64,000 nucleotides of DNA from an uncultured Phycisphaerales bacterium (GTDB lineage: Bacteria > Planctomycetota > Phycisphaerae > Tepidisphaerales > Tepidisphaeraceae), in NCBI GenBank assembly GCA_963758525.1, contig CAVWVQ010000003.1, positions 4,832,001 through 4,896,000 of the forward strand. Reading direction: 5' to 3'. Positions 1 through 10,269 of this stretch are shown here, piece after piece. Position 1 is the first letter of the stretch, and every line of letters begins with the position of its first letter. The notes beneath the pieces were generated by a model, which saw nothing but the letters and a program-made list of their open reading frames with translations, had not been told where the DNA came from and searched no databases. Made by a program: the position numbers and the translations under genes.

Positions 1-46
1 CCCGGAGACAATCCCCGACGCGATCGCAAAATACGCCGCCGCCCGG

Positions 47-1234
47 TTGTCCGTGGTGCCGATCGACAGTTCGACGAAACGCCCGAAGATGTCGTTGCTG
101 CCACGGGACAAGGACGATAAGCCGACATGGAGACCCTTCAGTAACGAGATTGCTGGACCGGAGTGGCTCAAGCGCTGGGCTGAAAGCGGCGTCGACGCTA
201 TTGCAGTCGTCGGCGGTCAAGTTTCGGGGGGGCTGTGCATCCTAGACTTCGACGTCCCGCGCTTTTATGAAGCGTGGAAAAAAGCAGTCGGTGAGATGGC
301 GAAGGGCTTACCGACTCAGCGCACAGGCGGCGGCGGTTATCAGGTGTTCTACCGCTGCCCAAATGCTTGCGGCAACGAGAAGCTCGCATGGGCTCCCGAT
401 GACACTGAGGAAAGTGGTCGGACCATCGCTATCGAAACGCGCGGCGAGGGCGGATACGCCGTTGTGCCGCCGTCGTTGCATCCTAGTGGCAATTATTACG
501 AGATCATTTCTGGCAATCTGACCAATGTCCCGACCATTACGCAGGATCGAGCGGATGCGCTGATTAAGGCTGCTCGTGATCTCGACGAGATGCCACATAC
601 GGCGCAGCAACTTAAAAAAATCGCAACTCAGGCGCGCAATGAGCACAAGAAGAGTCGTAGTCACGAAAAAGGGACGGGGGTCATCGACAAATACGACGAC
701 GCCCATACCGTCGACGAGTTGCTGACGAAGCACGACTACACGCTCGGGTCGAGCGGCCGCTATATCCGACCCGGCGGAAACAGCGAATCTGTCTGGCTGG
801 TTGACGGATGGTCGTGCCATTTTTCGACAAACGACCCCCTGAACGACGGCAAATTTGGTGCAGGGAAGTGTGGCGTTCACAGTCCGTTCGGCCTCTACTG
901 TGAACTCGACCATGCCGGCGACGTCAATGCGGCGGTAAAAGCCGCAGCGAAGGAGCTGGGAATCGCGCACAAACCTGGCAAGCATCCAAATGATGAAGTG
1001 CATCTCGATGTCGGCGACCCTACGAATCCGATCCGTCTGGTTCTGCAGTTCGACGTGTGTCGCGGCGACAACGGTTCTGTGCGGGGGCGCGTCACCGTCA
1101 AACGTGACGGTCAGCTGCTGCACGAGGACCATCTCGATTTGAGCTCGGCGCAACGCCGCGCGCAATTTAGCAAGGCGGTGGCGGCGAAATGCGAAAACAC
1201 CGAAGGCGAGGAGGGCAATACAGATGGAAAATAA
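47..1234 (+). CDS. Bifunctional DNA primase/polymerase (Prim-Pol, AEP superfamily) protein; true start may lie upstream of the window
   Basis: Motifs LCILDFD (DxD), RTGGGGYQVFY and IETRGEGGYAVVPPSLH typical of Prim-Pol domains. Confidence 0.8.
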   Translation: MSVVPIDSSTKRPKMSLLPRDKDDKPTWRPFSNEIAGPEWLKRWAESGVDAIAVVGGQVSGGLCILDFDVPRFYEAWKKAVGEMAKGLPTQRTGGGGYQVFYRCPNACGNEKLAWAPDDTEESGRTIAIETRGEGGYAVVPPSLHPSGNYYEIISGNLTNVPTITQDRADALIKAARDLDEMPHTAQQLKKIATQARNEHKKSRSHEKGTGVIDKYDDAHTVDELLTKHDYTLGSSGRYIRPGGNSESVWLVDGWSCHFSTNDPLNDGKFGAGKCGVHSPFGLYCELDHAGDVNAAVKAAAKELGIAHKPGKHPNDEVHLDVGDPTNPIRLVLQFDVCRGDNGSVRGRVTVKRDGQLLHEDHLDLSSAQRRAQFSKAVAAKCENTEGEEGNTDGK

Positions 1235-2549
1235 CGAAGCCATACGCAAGGCCGTGGATCAGGCGTTGCTCTCCAAGGTGCAGAAGGTTCGTGAGAAATC
1301 GACCGAAGAGCCAGAAAATGCCGCCGAGGGGAACCACCAGGCCCTGCTCGACGAAATGCCGGAGGAAGTTCGCCGCGAAGCCGAAGAGATGCTCGACGCC
1401 CCAGACCTGCTGATGCGCATCGTCGATGACATCGCGCGGCTGCGCGTCGCTGGCGAGAAAACGGTCGCGATGACGCTGTATCTGATTGGTGTTTCGCGAC
1501 TTTTGTCCAAACCGCTCAACGGTCGCATTCATGGGCATACTTCGACTGGCAAGTCATTTCTGTCGGAGCAGGTGTCGCGTCTGTTTCCTCCCGAGGCGAT
1601 CATCCTCGCCAACCGAATTACGCCACAGGCGCTCTACCACATGCGGCCGGGCAGCTTGAAGCACCGTTGGGTCGTGTGCGGCGAGCGGTCGAGACTGGAG
1701 AACGACGAGACTGCTGAAGCGACGCGTGCACTCAGGGAGATGCAATCGAGCGGCAAGCTGTCGCTGCTGATCACCGTGAAAATAGGCGATCATCTGGAAA
1801 CGGTTTTGATCGAACAGGAGGGCCCGATCGCGTACACCGAGTCGACGACTTTGTCGCGCGTCTTTGGCGAGGACGAGAATCGCAGCTTGAATCTCGCCTC
1901 CGATGAGCGGCCGGAGCAGACGCGCCGAATCGTCATGGCGGCAACAAGATCCTTGATGGACACGAGTGACGTGGACGCGATTGTCCTGCGGCACCACGCA
2001 ATACAGAGACTACTTGCAATAGCCGCACGCCGAATCGTGATCCCCTATGCTGAAGCACTGGGTCAACAGTTTCCAACTCAGCGCCCCGAATCTCGCCGTG
2101 CGATTACCCACGTAACATCCATGATCCAGGCCGTCACCTTGCTCCATCATCGCCAGCGCGAAACGGACGAAGACGGAGCATTCGTGGCCACGGCGGAGGA
2201 CTATCGGATCGCCCGCTTCCTGCTTAATGGCCCGATGACGCGCGCGATTGGCGGAGCCGTCAGCGACAGTGCACAGCGTCTTATGCAGCGGTTGCGGCAC
2301 AGGACGCCCACGAAAGACTTCACAACCTCGGAGGTTTATGCGAAGGAGAGATTCTCCGATCACGCTATCCGGGGATGGCTTTCCGAGCTGGCACATGCGG
2401 GCTTACTTCGGATCGTCGAAGAGGGCGGCAAGGGAAAAAGCTATAAGTACCAGATCGCCTCTGTTGGCCCATCGGAGACACACGATGGGAAGACGCTAGA
2501 GTCGCAACCGTCACTTTTGCCTGCGGTGGAGGACATCGCCTGTCACTGA
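1224..2549 (+). CDS. P-loop NTPase, putative replicative helicase partner of the PrimPol, with a C-terminal winged-helix-like region
   Basis: Walker A GHTSTGKS; start overlaps the PrimPol end; C-terminal FSDHAIRGWLSELAHAGLL resembles wHTH. Confidence 0.65.
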   Translation: MENNEAIRKAVDQALLSKVQKVREKSTEEPENAAEGNHQALLDEMPEEVRREAEEMLDAPDLLMRIVDDIARLRVAGEKTVAMTLYLIGVSRLLSKPLNGRIHGHTSTGKSFLSEQVSRLFPPEAIILANRITPQALYHMRPGSLKHRWVVCGERSRLENDETAEATRALREMQSSGKLSLLITVKIGDHLETVLIEQEGPIAYTESTTLSRVFGEDENRSLNLASDERPEQTRRIVMAATRSLMDTSDVDAIVLRHHAIQRLLAIAARRIVIPYAEALGQQFPTQRPESRRAITHVTSMIQAVTLLHHRQRETDEDGAFVATAEDYRIARFLLNGPMTRAIGGAVSDSAQRLMQRLRHRTPTKDFTTSEVYAKERFSDHAIRGWLSELAHAGLLRIVEEGGKGKSYKYQIASVGPSETHDGKTLESQPSLLPAVEDIACH

Positions 2550-2638
2550 GTCTCCGGGGGCGAAAGTTCCACGCGGAATGTATCAGGAAGTTGCGATCCG
2601 ACTGAACTGCGCGGCCAGAAAATATCGAGGTACAATTA

Positions 2639-2893
2639 ATGTTGACCGACAACGACCTTCTCAAAATTTTCGACGACGACCGCAAGCCCGGTGAAGCCTG
2701 GCGTGTGCCAGAGAAATCCGCCACGAATAAGAAAAAGAAAAAAGTGGTTGAGGAGCCCAACGCCGATGACGCCAAGACGACGGCGTGCAAGAAGGATGAT
2801 TGTGATGACGCCGAGGGCAGCCCGCCTGCGCGTACCACGAGCGTGACGAAACCCACTCGACGGCCGCGGAAGCCGACGCCGGACTATCTGTGA
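2639..2893 (+). CDS. Small lysine/aspartate-rich hypothetical protein of the integrative element
   Basis: 84-aa ORF with GAGG RBS-like sequence upstream, co-oriented between the ATPase and the integrase. Confidence 0.4.
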   Translation: MLTDNDLLKIFDDDRKPGEAWRVPEKSATNKKKKKVVEEPNADDAKTTACKKDDCDDAEGSPPARTTSVTKPTRRPRKPTPDYL

Positions 2894-3035
2894 CGGCGCT
2901 GTCTGGACGAGATCATGATGGTACGCGGACACTCGAACAAGTTCAGTAGACCGCCGTGCGGCTGGGCTGGACGACTTGAAGAACAGAACGGCGGCTCTCA
3001 GGAGTGCGTCGTATAATCAACGAAGAAAGGTAAAG

Positions 3036-4352
3036 ATGGCAAGCATTGGTTGTGACAAGAACGCGCATAAGAGAATTCTGTTTGTCGCCGATGACGGGAC
3101 GCGGAAGACGATCCGGCTGGGCCGGGCGTCGATACCGCAAGCTGAAACCGCAAAGCAGCATATCGAGGAACTGATCTCCGCTGTGAAGTTTCAGCGCTCC
3201 CCCGAAGACCTGACAACGAAGTGGGTCGCAAAGCTAAACGACGTTTTGCACGCCCGGATAGCAGCCGTCGGTCTGGTGAAGGCACGCAACGCGATTGCGA
3301 CTCCTCATGCGCTGGGCGGATTCTTTGACCGATACATCGCGGATCGCACAGACTCCAAGCCGCGCACGATCATCAATTTGAAACAAGCACGCGACGACCT
3401 GGTGAACTTCTTCGGAGAATCAAAGGACCTGCGCGACGTGACCGAGGGTGATGCCGAGCAGTTCTGGCGCTGGATGCGGCGGGCCGAGGCGGACGGCGGC
3501 AGGGGATTGGGCATAAATACCGCCCGGCGGATCATCGGCAGAGCAAAACAGCTATTCCGGTTCGCCATCAAAAAGCGGCTGTTCACCGCCAACCCGTTCG
3601 AAGGGATGGAGTGCCACGTCAGGGGCAACGCGGATCGTGCGTTCTATATCACCCGGGAAACGGCGGATAAGGTGCTCGCAGAGTGCCCCGATGCCGAATG
3701 GCGTCTGATCTTCGCCCTGAGCCGCTACGGTGGCTTGCGGTGCCCGTCTGAGCATCTGGCGCTACGCTGGGGTGACGTAGATTGGGGTGGTAACCGCATG
3801 ACGGTGCATTCCCCGAAGACGGAGCATATCGAAGGAAAGGAAACCCGGATCGTGCCCCTGTTCCCGGAACTGCGGAAGTACCTCTATGAAGCTTATGGAC
3901 TGGCGCCCGAGGGAGCGCTGTACGTCATCAACAGCTACCGCGATGGGAACAAAAACTTCCGCACGCGCTTCGAGCGTATCATCAGGCGAGCCGGACTCAC
4001 ACCCTGGCCGAAACTCTTCCACAATTTGAGGGCGACTCGGCAGACGGAACTGGAGGAAATCTTCCCGAGTCACGTCGTCTGCCAGTGGATTGGAAACAGT
4101 GAAGACGTTGCCCGGAAGCACTACCTGCAGGTGACCGACACGCATTTTGCGAGGGCAATCGCGGAGCCGGCGGGAAGCGCGGCACAGAATGCGGCACAGC
4201 AGGCAGTCGCAACGGGCGGCAATGTGCCGCATTGTGTGCCGCCTGTCGTGGGTGCTGTCGCAAATACAGCGGATCACGGGGTTTGCGGAGACGATCTATA
4301 CCCCCAAGGGGAGTCGAACCCCTGTATGCAGACTGAGAATCTGCTGTCCTAG
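3036..4352 (+). CDS. Tyrosine recombinase / phage-type integrase
   Basis: Catalytic motifs GGLRCPSE (R), SPKT (K), FHNLRATR (HxxR), KHYLQ (Y); ATG at 3036 preceded by AAAGG and TATAAT; adjacent to tRNA 3' end. Confidence 0.92.
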   Translation: MASIGCDKNAHKRILFVADDGTRKTIRLGRASIPQAETAKQHIEELISAVKFQRSPEDLTTKWVAKLNDVLHARIAAVGLVKARNAIATPHALGGFFDRYIADRTDSKPRTIINLKQARDDLVNFFGESKDLRDVTEGDAEQFWRWMRRAEADGGRGLGINTARRIIGRAKQLFRFAIKKRLFTANPFEGMECHVRGNADRAFYITRETADKVLAECPDAEWRLIFALSRYGGLRCPSEHLALRWGDVDWGGNRMTVHSPKTEHIEGKETRIVPLFPELRKYLYEAYGLAPEGALYVINSYRDGNKNFRTRFERIIRRAGLTPWPKLFHNLRATRQTELEEIFPSHVVCQWIGNSEDVARKHYLQVTDTHFARAIAEPAGSAAQNAAQQAVATGGNVPHCVPPVVGAVANTADHGVCGDDLYPQGESNPCMQTENLLS

Positions 4353-4371
4353 GCCACTAGACGATGGGGGC
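4299..4371 (-). tRNA. tRNA-Glu (anticodon CTC), CCA not encoded
   Basis: Reverse complement GCCCCCATCGTCTAGTGGCCTAGGACAGCAGATTCTCAGTCTGCATACAGGGGTTCGACTCCCCTTGGGGGTA folds as a cloverleaf with anticodon arm GCAGA-TTCTCAG-TCTGC and GTTCGA T-loop. Confidence 0.95.
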
Positions 4372-4476
4372 GTCAGCAGGCGGGGTAATTATCGGGGGGA
4401 GCAGCGGGGGCGTCAAGAAGGGCCGGGCGAAAGTCCGAAGCAGGGCGTGGCGTTCGAAAGTGGCGATCGGCTTCGG

Positions 4477-4544
4477 GTAGGGCGGGATTCATCCCGCCGA
4501 TTTGTTGGCCGGCCCAGGAAACGGCGGGATGAATCCCGCCCTAC
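4477..4544. repeat. GTAG-family REP doublet (GTAGGGCGGGATTCATCCCGCC ... GGCGGGATGAATCCCGCCCTAC)
   Basis: Inverted pair of palindromic units; same unit recurs at 27984-28052 and 38444-38465. Confidence 0.85.
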
Positions 4545-4599
4545 GATCGCAAAACCGCAATCGCTGGACTAAAAGTTACCGCCGCGAATGACGATCAGC

Positions 4600-5265
<666 letters not shown>

Positions 5266-5303
5266 TCTCGCCTCCAGCTCGGGGCATTATACTCCGCGCG
5301 ATC

Positions 5304-6089
5304 ATGCTCATCCTGCTGACCAACGACGATGGAATTCACGCTCCCGGACTTCTGGCGATGTATCGCGAACTGACGCGGCTGGGGGAGGTGCACGTGGTGG
5401 CGCCCGAAACGGTGCAAAGCGCCACCGGGCATGGGATCACGCTCAGCGTGCCGCTGCTGACGACGCGGGTGCGGGTGGCCGACGAGTTCACCGGCACGGC
5501 GGTGGGGGGCCGGCCGGCGGATTGCGTGAAGCTGGCGGTGGCGAAGCTGCTGCCGCGAGCGCCGGATCTGGTGGTCAGCGGAATCAACAGCGGAGCGAAC
5601 GTGGGGATCAATGTCATCTACAGCGGAACGGTGGCGGCCGCGATCGAAGCGGCGTTTCTGGGGCTGCCGAGCATCGCGCTGTCGCTGTATCTGCGATCGG
5701 AGATACCGATCGACTACGCGCGAACGGCGATGCTTTCCCGGCAAATCGTCGAACAATCACTGGCGGCGGGTCTGCGCGGGGGGCAGTGCGTGACGGTGAA
5801 TCTGCCGCCATTGCGGCCGGGGGAAATGCCGACGGGCGTGCGCGTTGTCAGGCAATGCGTGCGCGGATGGGTCGATACGTATGACCAGCGGTCGGATCCC
5901 CGCGGCCGGGCCTACTTCTGGAACAGCAGTGTGTTTACGCTCGGTGAGACGGAAGCGGATACGGATGTTGCTGCGCTGCGCGATGGGTACGTGACGATTA
6001 CGCCGTTGCAGTTTGACCTGACGCAGTATGCGATGCTGCGGGAGTGGAAGGAACGGGAGTGGGCGGTAACGGAAGAAGGCACGAAGTGA
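5304..6089 (+). CDS. surE: 5'/3'-nucleotidase SurE
   Basis: ILLTNDDGIHAPG, SGINSGAN, YSGTVAAA motifs. Confidence 0.95.
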   Translation: MLILLTNDDGIHAPGLLAMYRELTRLGEVHVVAPETVQSATGHGITLSVPLLTTRVRVADEFTGTAVGGRPADCVKLAVAKLLPRAPDLVVSGINSGANVGINVIYSGTVAAAIEAAFLGLPSIALSLYLRSEIPIDYARTAMLSRQIVEQSLAAGLRGGQCVTVNLPPLRPGEMPTGVRVVRQCVRGWVDTYDQRSDPRGRAYFWNSSVFTLGETEADTDVAALRDGYVTITPLQFDLTQYAMLREWKEREWAVTEEGTK

Positions 6090-6147
6090 GGGAAGGGGAG
6101 CGGCAGAGTTGTCACTTCATATCAAGCGGATTTGGGGGAGGGAGGGA

Positions 6148-6186
6148 ATTGCAAAATGATCATTGCAAAATGAAAATTGCAAATTG
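6148..6186. repeat. AT-rich short tandem repeat, ATTGCAAAATG core, 14-bp period, 3 copies
   Basis: attgcaaaatgatc-attgcaaaatgaaa-attgcaaattg read directly. Confidence 0.7.
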
Positions 6187-6418
6187 GGGAGAGGCTCGCG
6201 CGGGATGTGACGCGCCTTTGCTGAACCGCGCGCGGCTCCTTCGTGAGCGGCGGAAGCGGCTGCGCCATGATGGTAGGCAATCCTACAGCACAGCCCTTGG
6301 GGGCCGCGTCTCGAGGGTGTGATTCCACAGCCACAGCCGGGTGTGCCACGAAGAATCACGCGTTGCTGGCTTGGGATTTATTTTTGCACGTTAGCCGCGC
6401 AGGCTCCCAGAGGCGCTG

Positions 6419-9400
6419 TCACTTGGCGGCCTTGCGGCGTTTAACGGCGGGCAGAATTGGCACTTGAGAGAAGGTCAGGCCGCTGACCACCTGGCCGGTA
6501 GTGACCCTCAGCGTATAGACGCCGCGAGCACGCGGCGCCAACTTGAATCCCTTGCGCTTCACGATCTGAACGGTTTCCTGGGCACCCGCCAGCAGCCCGT
6601 TGAAGGCGAATGTGCCGTCGGCGTCGGTGGATTCCACCTCTCTGGTTGCTTTCCCATGCTTTGGATGCTGGGTCAGAATGACCTCAAAGCCGGCGGGTGA
6701 AGCCCCGTTCACGGCTACGACGCCGTTGATCGCCGCCGACTGGGTGAGGGCGAAGTCGGGGATCGTGACGGTTTGGCCGGCTCCGACCGTGACGGGCGCC
6801 GTTGGGGCAGCGGTCTGTCGCGTGCCAGGGGGTACCACCTCACGAACCGTTCGCGGAGCCGCCGGTCCCACGCCGGTGATGGTGTAGTTGCCGTTCGCGT
6901 CTGTCGTTGCGGAAGGATCGTTCGCCTCGTAACGGCCGCTGCCATTGACATCGACGTAGACCACCTGGCCGGCAAAGCCGGGCTCGCCGGCGTCCAGGAC
7001 GCCGTTGCCGTTGCGGTCGTTGAACACCGTGCCGCTGATGGCGCCGGCGTTGCGCGTGACACCGAACCCCGCGATTGTCACCGTCTGTCCGGCGCCAACG
7101 GTCACGGGCGCCAACCGCGCACTGGTTTCGTACGTTCCCGAGGAGACCAGCTCGTGAACGGTATAGGGTACGCCGGGAGTCAACCCCGCGATGGTGTAGT
7201 CACCATTGGCGTCTGTCGTCGCGGAAGGATCAGGCGCCTTGTATTGGCCGCTTCCATCCAGGTCGATATAGACCAACTCGCCCGCCAGGCCAGGTTCTCC
7301 GGCGTCTAAGACGCCGTTGCCGTTGAGGTCATTGAAGACCGTCCCGCTGATGGCTCCCGGGGCCACGGTCGTCCCAAAATCAGCGACGGTCAGCGTCTGC
7401 CCCACGGTGACCATCACCGGAGCTGACGGCGCAGTCGTTTCCCGCGTCCCGGCCGGGACCACCTCGCGAATGGCGTAGGGTACGCCGGGAGTCAGGCTGT
7501 TGATGGTGTAGTTGCCGTTGGCATCTGTTCGGGCGGAAGGATCGGTGGTCTCGTACGCGCCGCTTCCATCCAGGTCGACGTAGACGAGCTGATTCGCCAA
7601 GCCGGGCTCCCCGGGGTCCAATACGCCGTTGCCGTTGAGATCATTAAAGACCGTGCCGCTGATGGCGCCGGCATACAGGGTTGTCGCGAAATCGGCGATG
7701 GTCAGTGTCTGTCCTGCTATGACCGTCACGGGCGCCGAAGGCGCAGCGGTCTCCCTTCTTCCCAGTGGAACCACCTCGCGGACGGTGAACGGCGTGCCGG
7801 GCGCGAGGTCGGCGATGGTGTAGTTGCCGTTCGCATCCGTCGTCGCGGAGGGATCGGTTGTCTCGTATTGGCCGCTCCCATCGAGATCGATGTAGACGAC
7901 CTGGCCCGCGAAACCGGGTTCACCGGCGTCCAGCACGCCGTTGCCGTTGAGGTCATTGAAGACTGTTCCGGTGATGGAGCCGGAGTTCACGGTTGTGCCG
8001 AAATCGGCGATGGTGACGGTCTGTCCCGCCGAGACGGTGACGGAGCCCATTGGGGCCGTGGTTTCGCGTGTTCCAGCCGGGACCACCTCGCGAACGGTGT
8101 AGGGAACTCCCGCAGTCAGGCCGGTAATGGTGTAGTTGCCGTTGGCATCGGTCGTCGCTGAAGGATCGGCGGTCTTGAATTGGTCGCTTCCGTCCAAATC
8201 GACGTAGACGACCTGGCCTGCCAAGCCAGGCTCGCCGGCATCCAACACGCCGTTAGCGTTGAGATCATCGAAGACCTTGCCGCTGATGGCGCCTGGGCTT
8301 TGGGCTACGCCGAAATCGGCGATGGTGACTGTTTGACCCGCGGAGACGGTCACCGGCCCTGATGGTGCAGTGGTTTCCCGCGATCCGGGCTGCAGCACCT
8401 CACGCACGGTGTACGGCGTCCCGGGCGTCACGCCATTGATGATGTAGTTGCCATTCGCATCGGTCGTCGCGGACGGATCGGCGCTCTCATACTGGCCGCT
8501 CCCATTCAGATCGACGTAGACCATCTGGCCCGCCAGACCCAACTCGCCGGCGTCCAGCGCGCCGTTGCCGTTGACGTCATTGAAGACTGTCCCCTTTATA
8601 GAGCCTGAGGTCTGGGTGGTCTGCGGCGTTGTGACCGTGGCGGTGGTGTAGGTGTAACGCGTGTTCCCCTGGGCGTCGGTGATCTTCGCGCAGACCCAAT
8701 AGGCGCCCGGCGTGACACCTGCCGCGGAAAGCGTGGCTGCGCCGCCCGTGGCGACGGGGGCTTCGGCAAGGTTGGATGTGCCCAACGTCGCGGCGAAATT
8801 GTTGTTGTAGGGATTGCGATCGGTGTCGAGATAGAAAGTAATCGTGTCGGCGCTGTCGCGGTCCTGGTGAATATAACTGATGTCGAGTGAATTGCCGCTG
8901 GCCGTGGCCGCGAGGTCGGTGGCGTTGGCCCACTGGTTTCCCACCTGCCCGGCGGCGGTGCGCGCGCCGGTGCCTCCGGATGCCGCCCAAACGCCGCTCA
9001 ACGGCCGGGCCGCGCCGATGAGATTAGAATAGATCCATCCGGTTTCCGTGCGCGGCGGCATCGTCGGCGTGTTGCCGTACCAGTCGCTGTAGATGGGACC
9101 TTCGCCGCCATAGGTTGCGGTGGGATCGATCGTGCCGATGTAATATCCCGAAGGGGCAAGATGCGGAGTCGAGTAGCCCGCATCGTCAGTGTCGATCCAA
9201 TAGACGTTGAGGTTGTAAGCGCCGTCGATGGGGTCGCCGTCGTTGATCTGGCTTGCGCTTCCGTCATTTCGCCAGTAATTGTCGACGAATGCCACGTTGT
9301 CGAAAATGGTCGATGGCGGATCACCCTGCGCGGCGATCGGATCCGGATCGAGATCTGTCTCCTGGTCAACCCAGACACCGGCCTGGCCGAGAGTCTTGGA

Positions 9401-9862
9401 AACACCGTCCATGATTGCGGTGCCCCGGCTGACCCCGATTTCGTGAATCGGCAGCGAAGCGAGCTGGATGCCGTCCACCGGTGTGTTCAGCATGTAATTG
9501 GCGATCACCGACCCGATGTACGTGGAGGAATAAATTGGATTTGCGCTGATGTTGTAATAGTCGATGACAACGATGATCTCGCCGCTGCTGCTGGTCTGCG
9601 GGGTGCCGGTGCCGCTCACATGTTGAATGCTCGGAACCAGGTTCTCGGTGGCGGGATCTTCGTTAATCGAAAGAACATATTGCGGCACCTGAGCCGGTCC
9701 GCCCAACTGATTGGTGACGGTTTCGGCAAGTGATTGAATCCACCCGTTGGTGCCCCCGAGTCTTCCGGTGGCTTCGAGAATAACGCCCGCGAACAGCGTG
9801 CGATTCTCCAACGCTTCCATAACGAATGACGGACGCATGTACTCCATTCTTCGCGACGGCAT
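6419..9862 (-). CDS. Planctomycete extracellular protein: LEPR-XLL-type motif, putative alpha/beta-hydrolase-like domain, six SdrD-B-like repeats
   Basis: N-terminal EALENRTLFA; six ~104-aa repeats G(A/S)ISGTVFNDLNGNGVLDAGEPG...ATTDANGNY; IGVSRG (GxSxG). Confidence 0.85.
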   Translation of the reverse strand: MPSRRMEYMRPSFVMEALENRTLFAGVILEATGRLGGTNGWIQSLAETVTNQLGGPAQVPQYVLSINEDPATENLVPSIQHVSGTGTPQTSSSGEIIVVIDYYNISANPIYSSTYIGSVIANYMLNTPVDGIQLASLPIHEIGVSRGTAIMDGVSKTLGQAGVWVDQETDLDPDPIAAQGDPPSTIFDNVAFVDNYWRNDGSASQINDGDPIDGAYNLNVYWIDTDDAGYSTPHLAPSGYYIGTIDPTATYGGEGPIYSDWYGNTPTMPPRTETGWIYSNLIGAARPLSGVWAASGGTGARTAAGQVGNQWANATDLAATASGNSLDISYIHQDRDSADTITFYLDTDRNPYNNNFAATLGTSNLAEAPVATGGAATLSAAGVTPGAYWVCAKITDAQGNTRYTYTTATVTTPQTTQTSGSIKGTVFNDVNGNGALDAGELGLAGQMVYVDLNGSGQYESADPSATTDANGNYIINGVTPGTPYTVREVLQPGSRETTAPSGPVTVSAGQTVTIADFGVAQSPGAISGKVFDDLNANGVLDAGEPGLAGQVVYVDLDGSDQFKTADPSATTDANGNYTITGLTAGVPYTVREVVPAGTRETTAPMGSVTVSAGQTVTIADFGTTVNSGSITGTVFNDLNGNGVLDAGEPGFAGQVVYIDLDGSGQYETTDPSATTDANGNYTIADLAPGTPFTVREVVPLGRRETAAPSAPVTVIAGQTLTIADFATTLYAGAISGTVFNDLNGNGVLDPGEPGLANQLVYVDLDGSGAYETTDPSARTDANGNYTINSLTPGVPYAIREVVPAGTRETTAPSAPVMVTVGQTLTVADFGTTVAPGAISGTVFNDLNGNGVLDAGEPGLAGELVYIDLDGSGQYKAPDPSATTDANGDYTIAGLTPGVPYTVHELVSSGTYETSARLAPVTVGAGQTVTIAGFGVTRNAGAISGTVFNDRNGNGVLDAGEPGFAGQVVYVDVNGSGRYEANDPSATTDANGNYTITGVGPAAPRTVREVVPPGTRQTAAPTAPVTVGAGQTVTIPDFALTQSAAINGVVAVNGASPAGFEVILTQHPKHGKATREVESTDADGTFAFNGLLAGAQETVQIVKRKGFKLAPRARGVYTLRVTTGQVVSGLTFSQVPILPAVKRRKAAK

Positions 9863-10269
9863 GCCGCCCGCAATCGAAGCGAGCGGTCATCGACCGAACA
9901 ACATTAGTCGCCGTACACGAGACGAAATTTGCGTCAGCAAAGATGCCTGAATGACTCTTCGGCCTCAGTCTTCTGCGGCCAGCCAAGTCGATCAGGCTGC
10001 CGACGCTAGCGCCCACGGCAATGAACTTTCGAGAGTGTATCTAACTCAAGTCATCCCTTCCCTGCAAGCCACGAAATTCCTCATGAAACAGCGGGCTGGC
10101 GTGCCAAAAAACCAACGTGCTGTCCCATCACGGTTTGCGTTCAAATCAGCCTTGACGGCGCACGATGGGAGCCGAGGCGACTGCGAGCTCATGCAGCTTT
10201 TTGGATGAAGGCCAAGGGGAACATGGGGGTGATGTAGCTTCTGTTCGCTTCCCTGTTATCTTTTGCGAC

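Larger units (their letters stand above)
1..4371. mobile_element. Terminal part of an integrative element (PrimPol-ATPase-integrase) inserted at tRNA-Glu; other boundary is outside the window
   Basis: Replication module plus integrase ending in the tRNA gene; core genes resume immediately after the tRNA. Confidence 0.75.

Noticed and set aside
6700..8620. DGR template/variable repeats within the SdrD gene
   Set aside because: Repeats are in-frame protein domains, differences are not visibly adenine-specific, and no reverse transcriptase is in the window
10089..10106. sigma54 promoter for the SdrD-repeat gene (minus strand TGGCACGCCAGCCCGC)
   Set aside because: Spacing is GG-N11-GC and the TTGC element is missing
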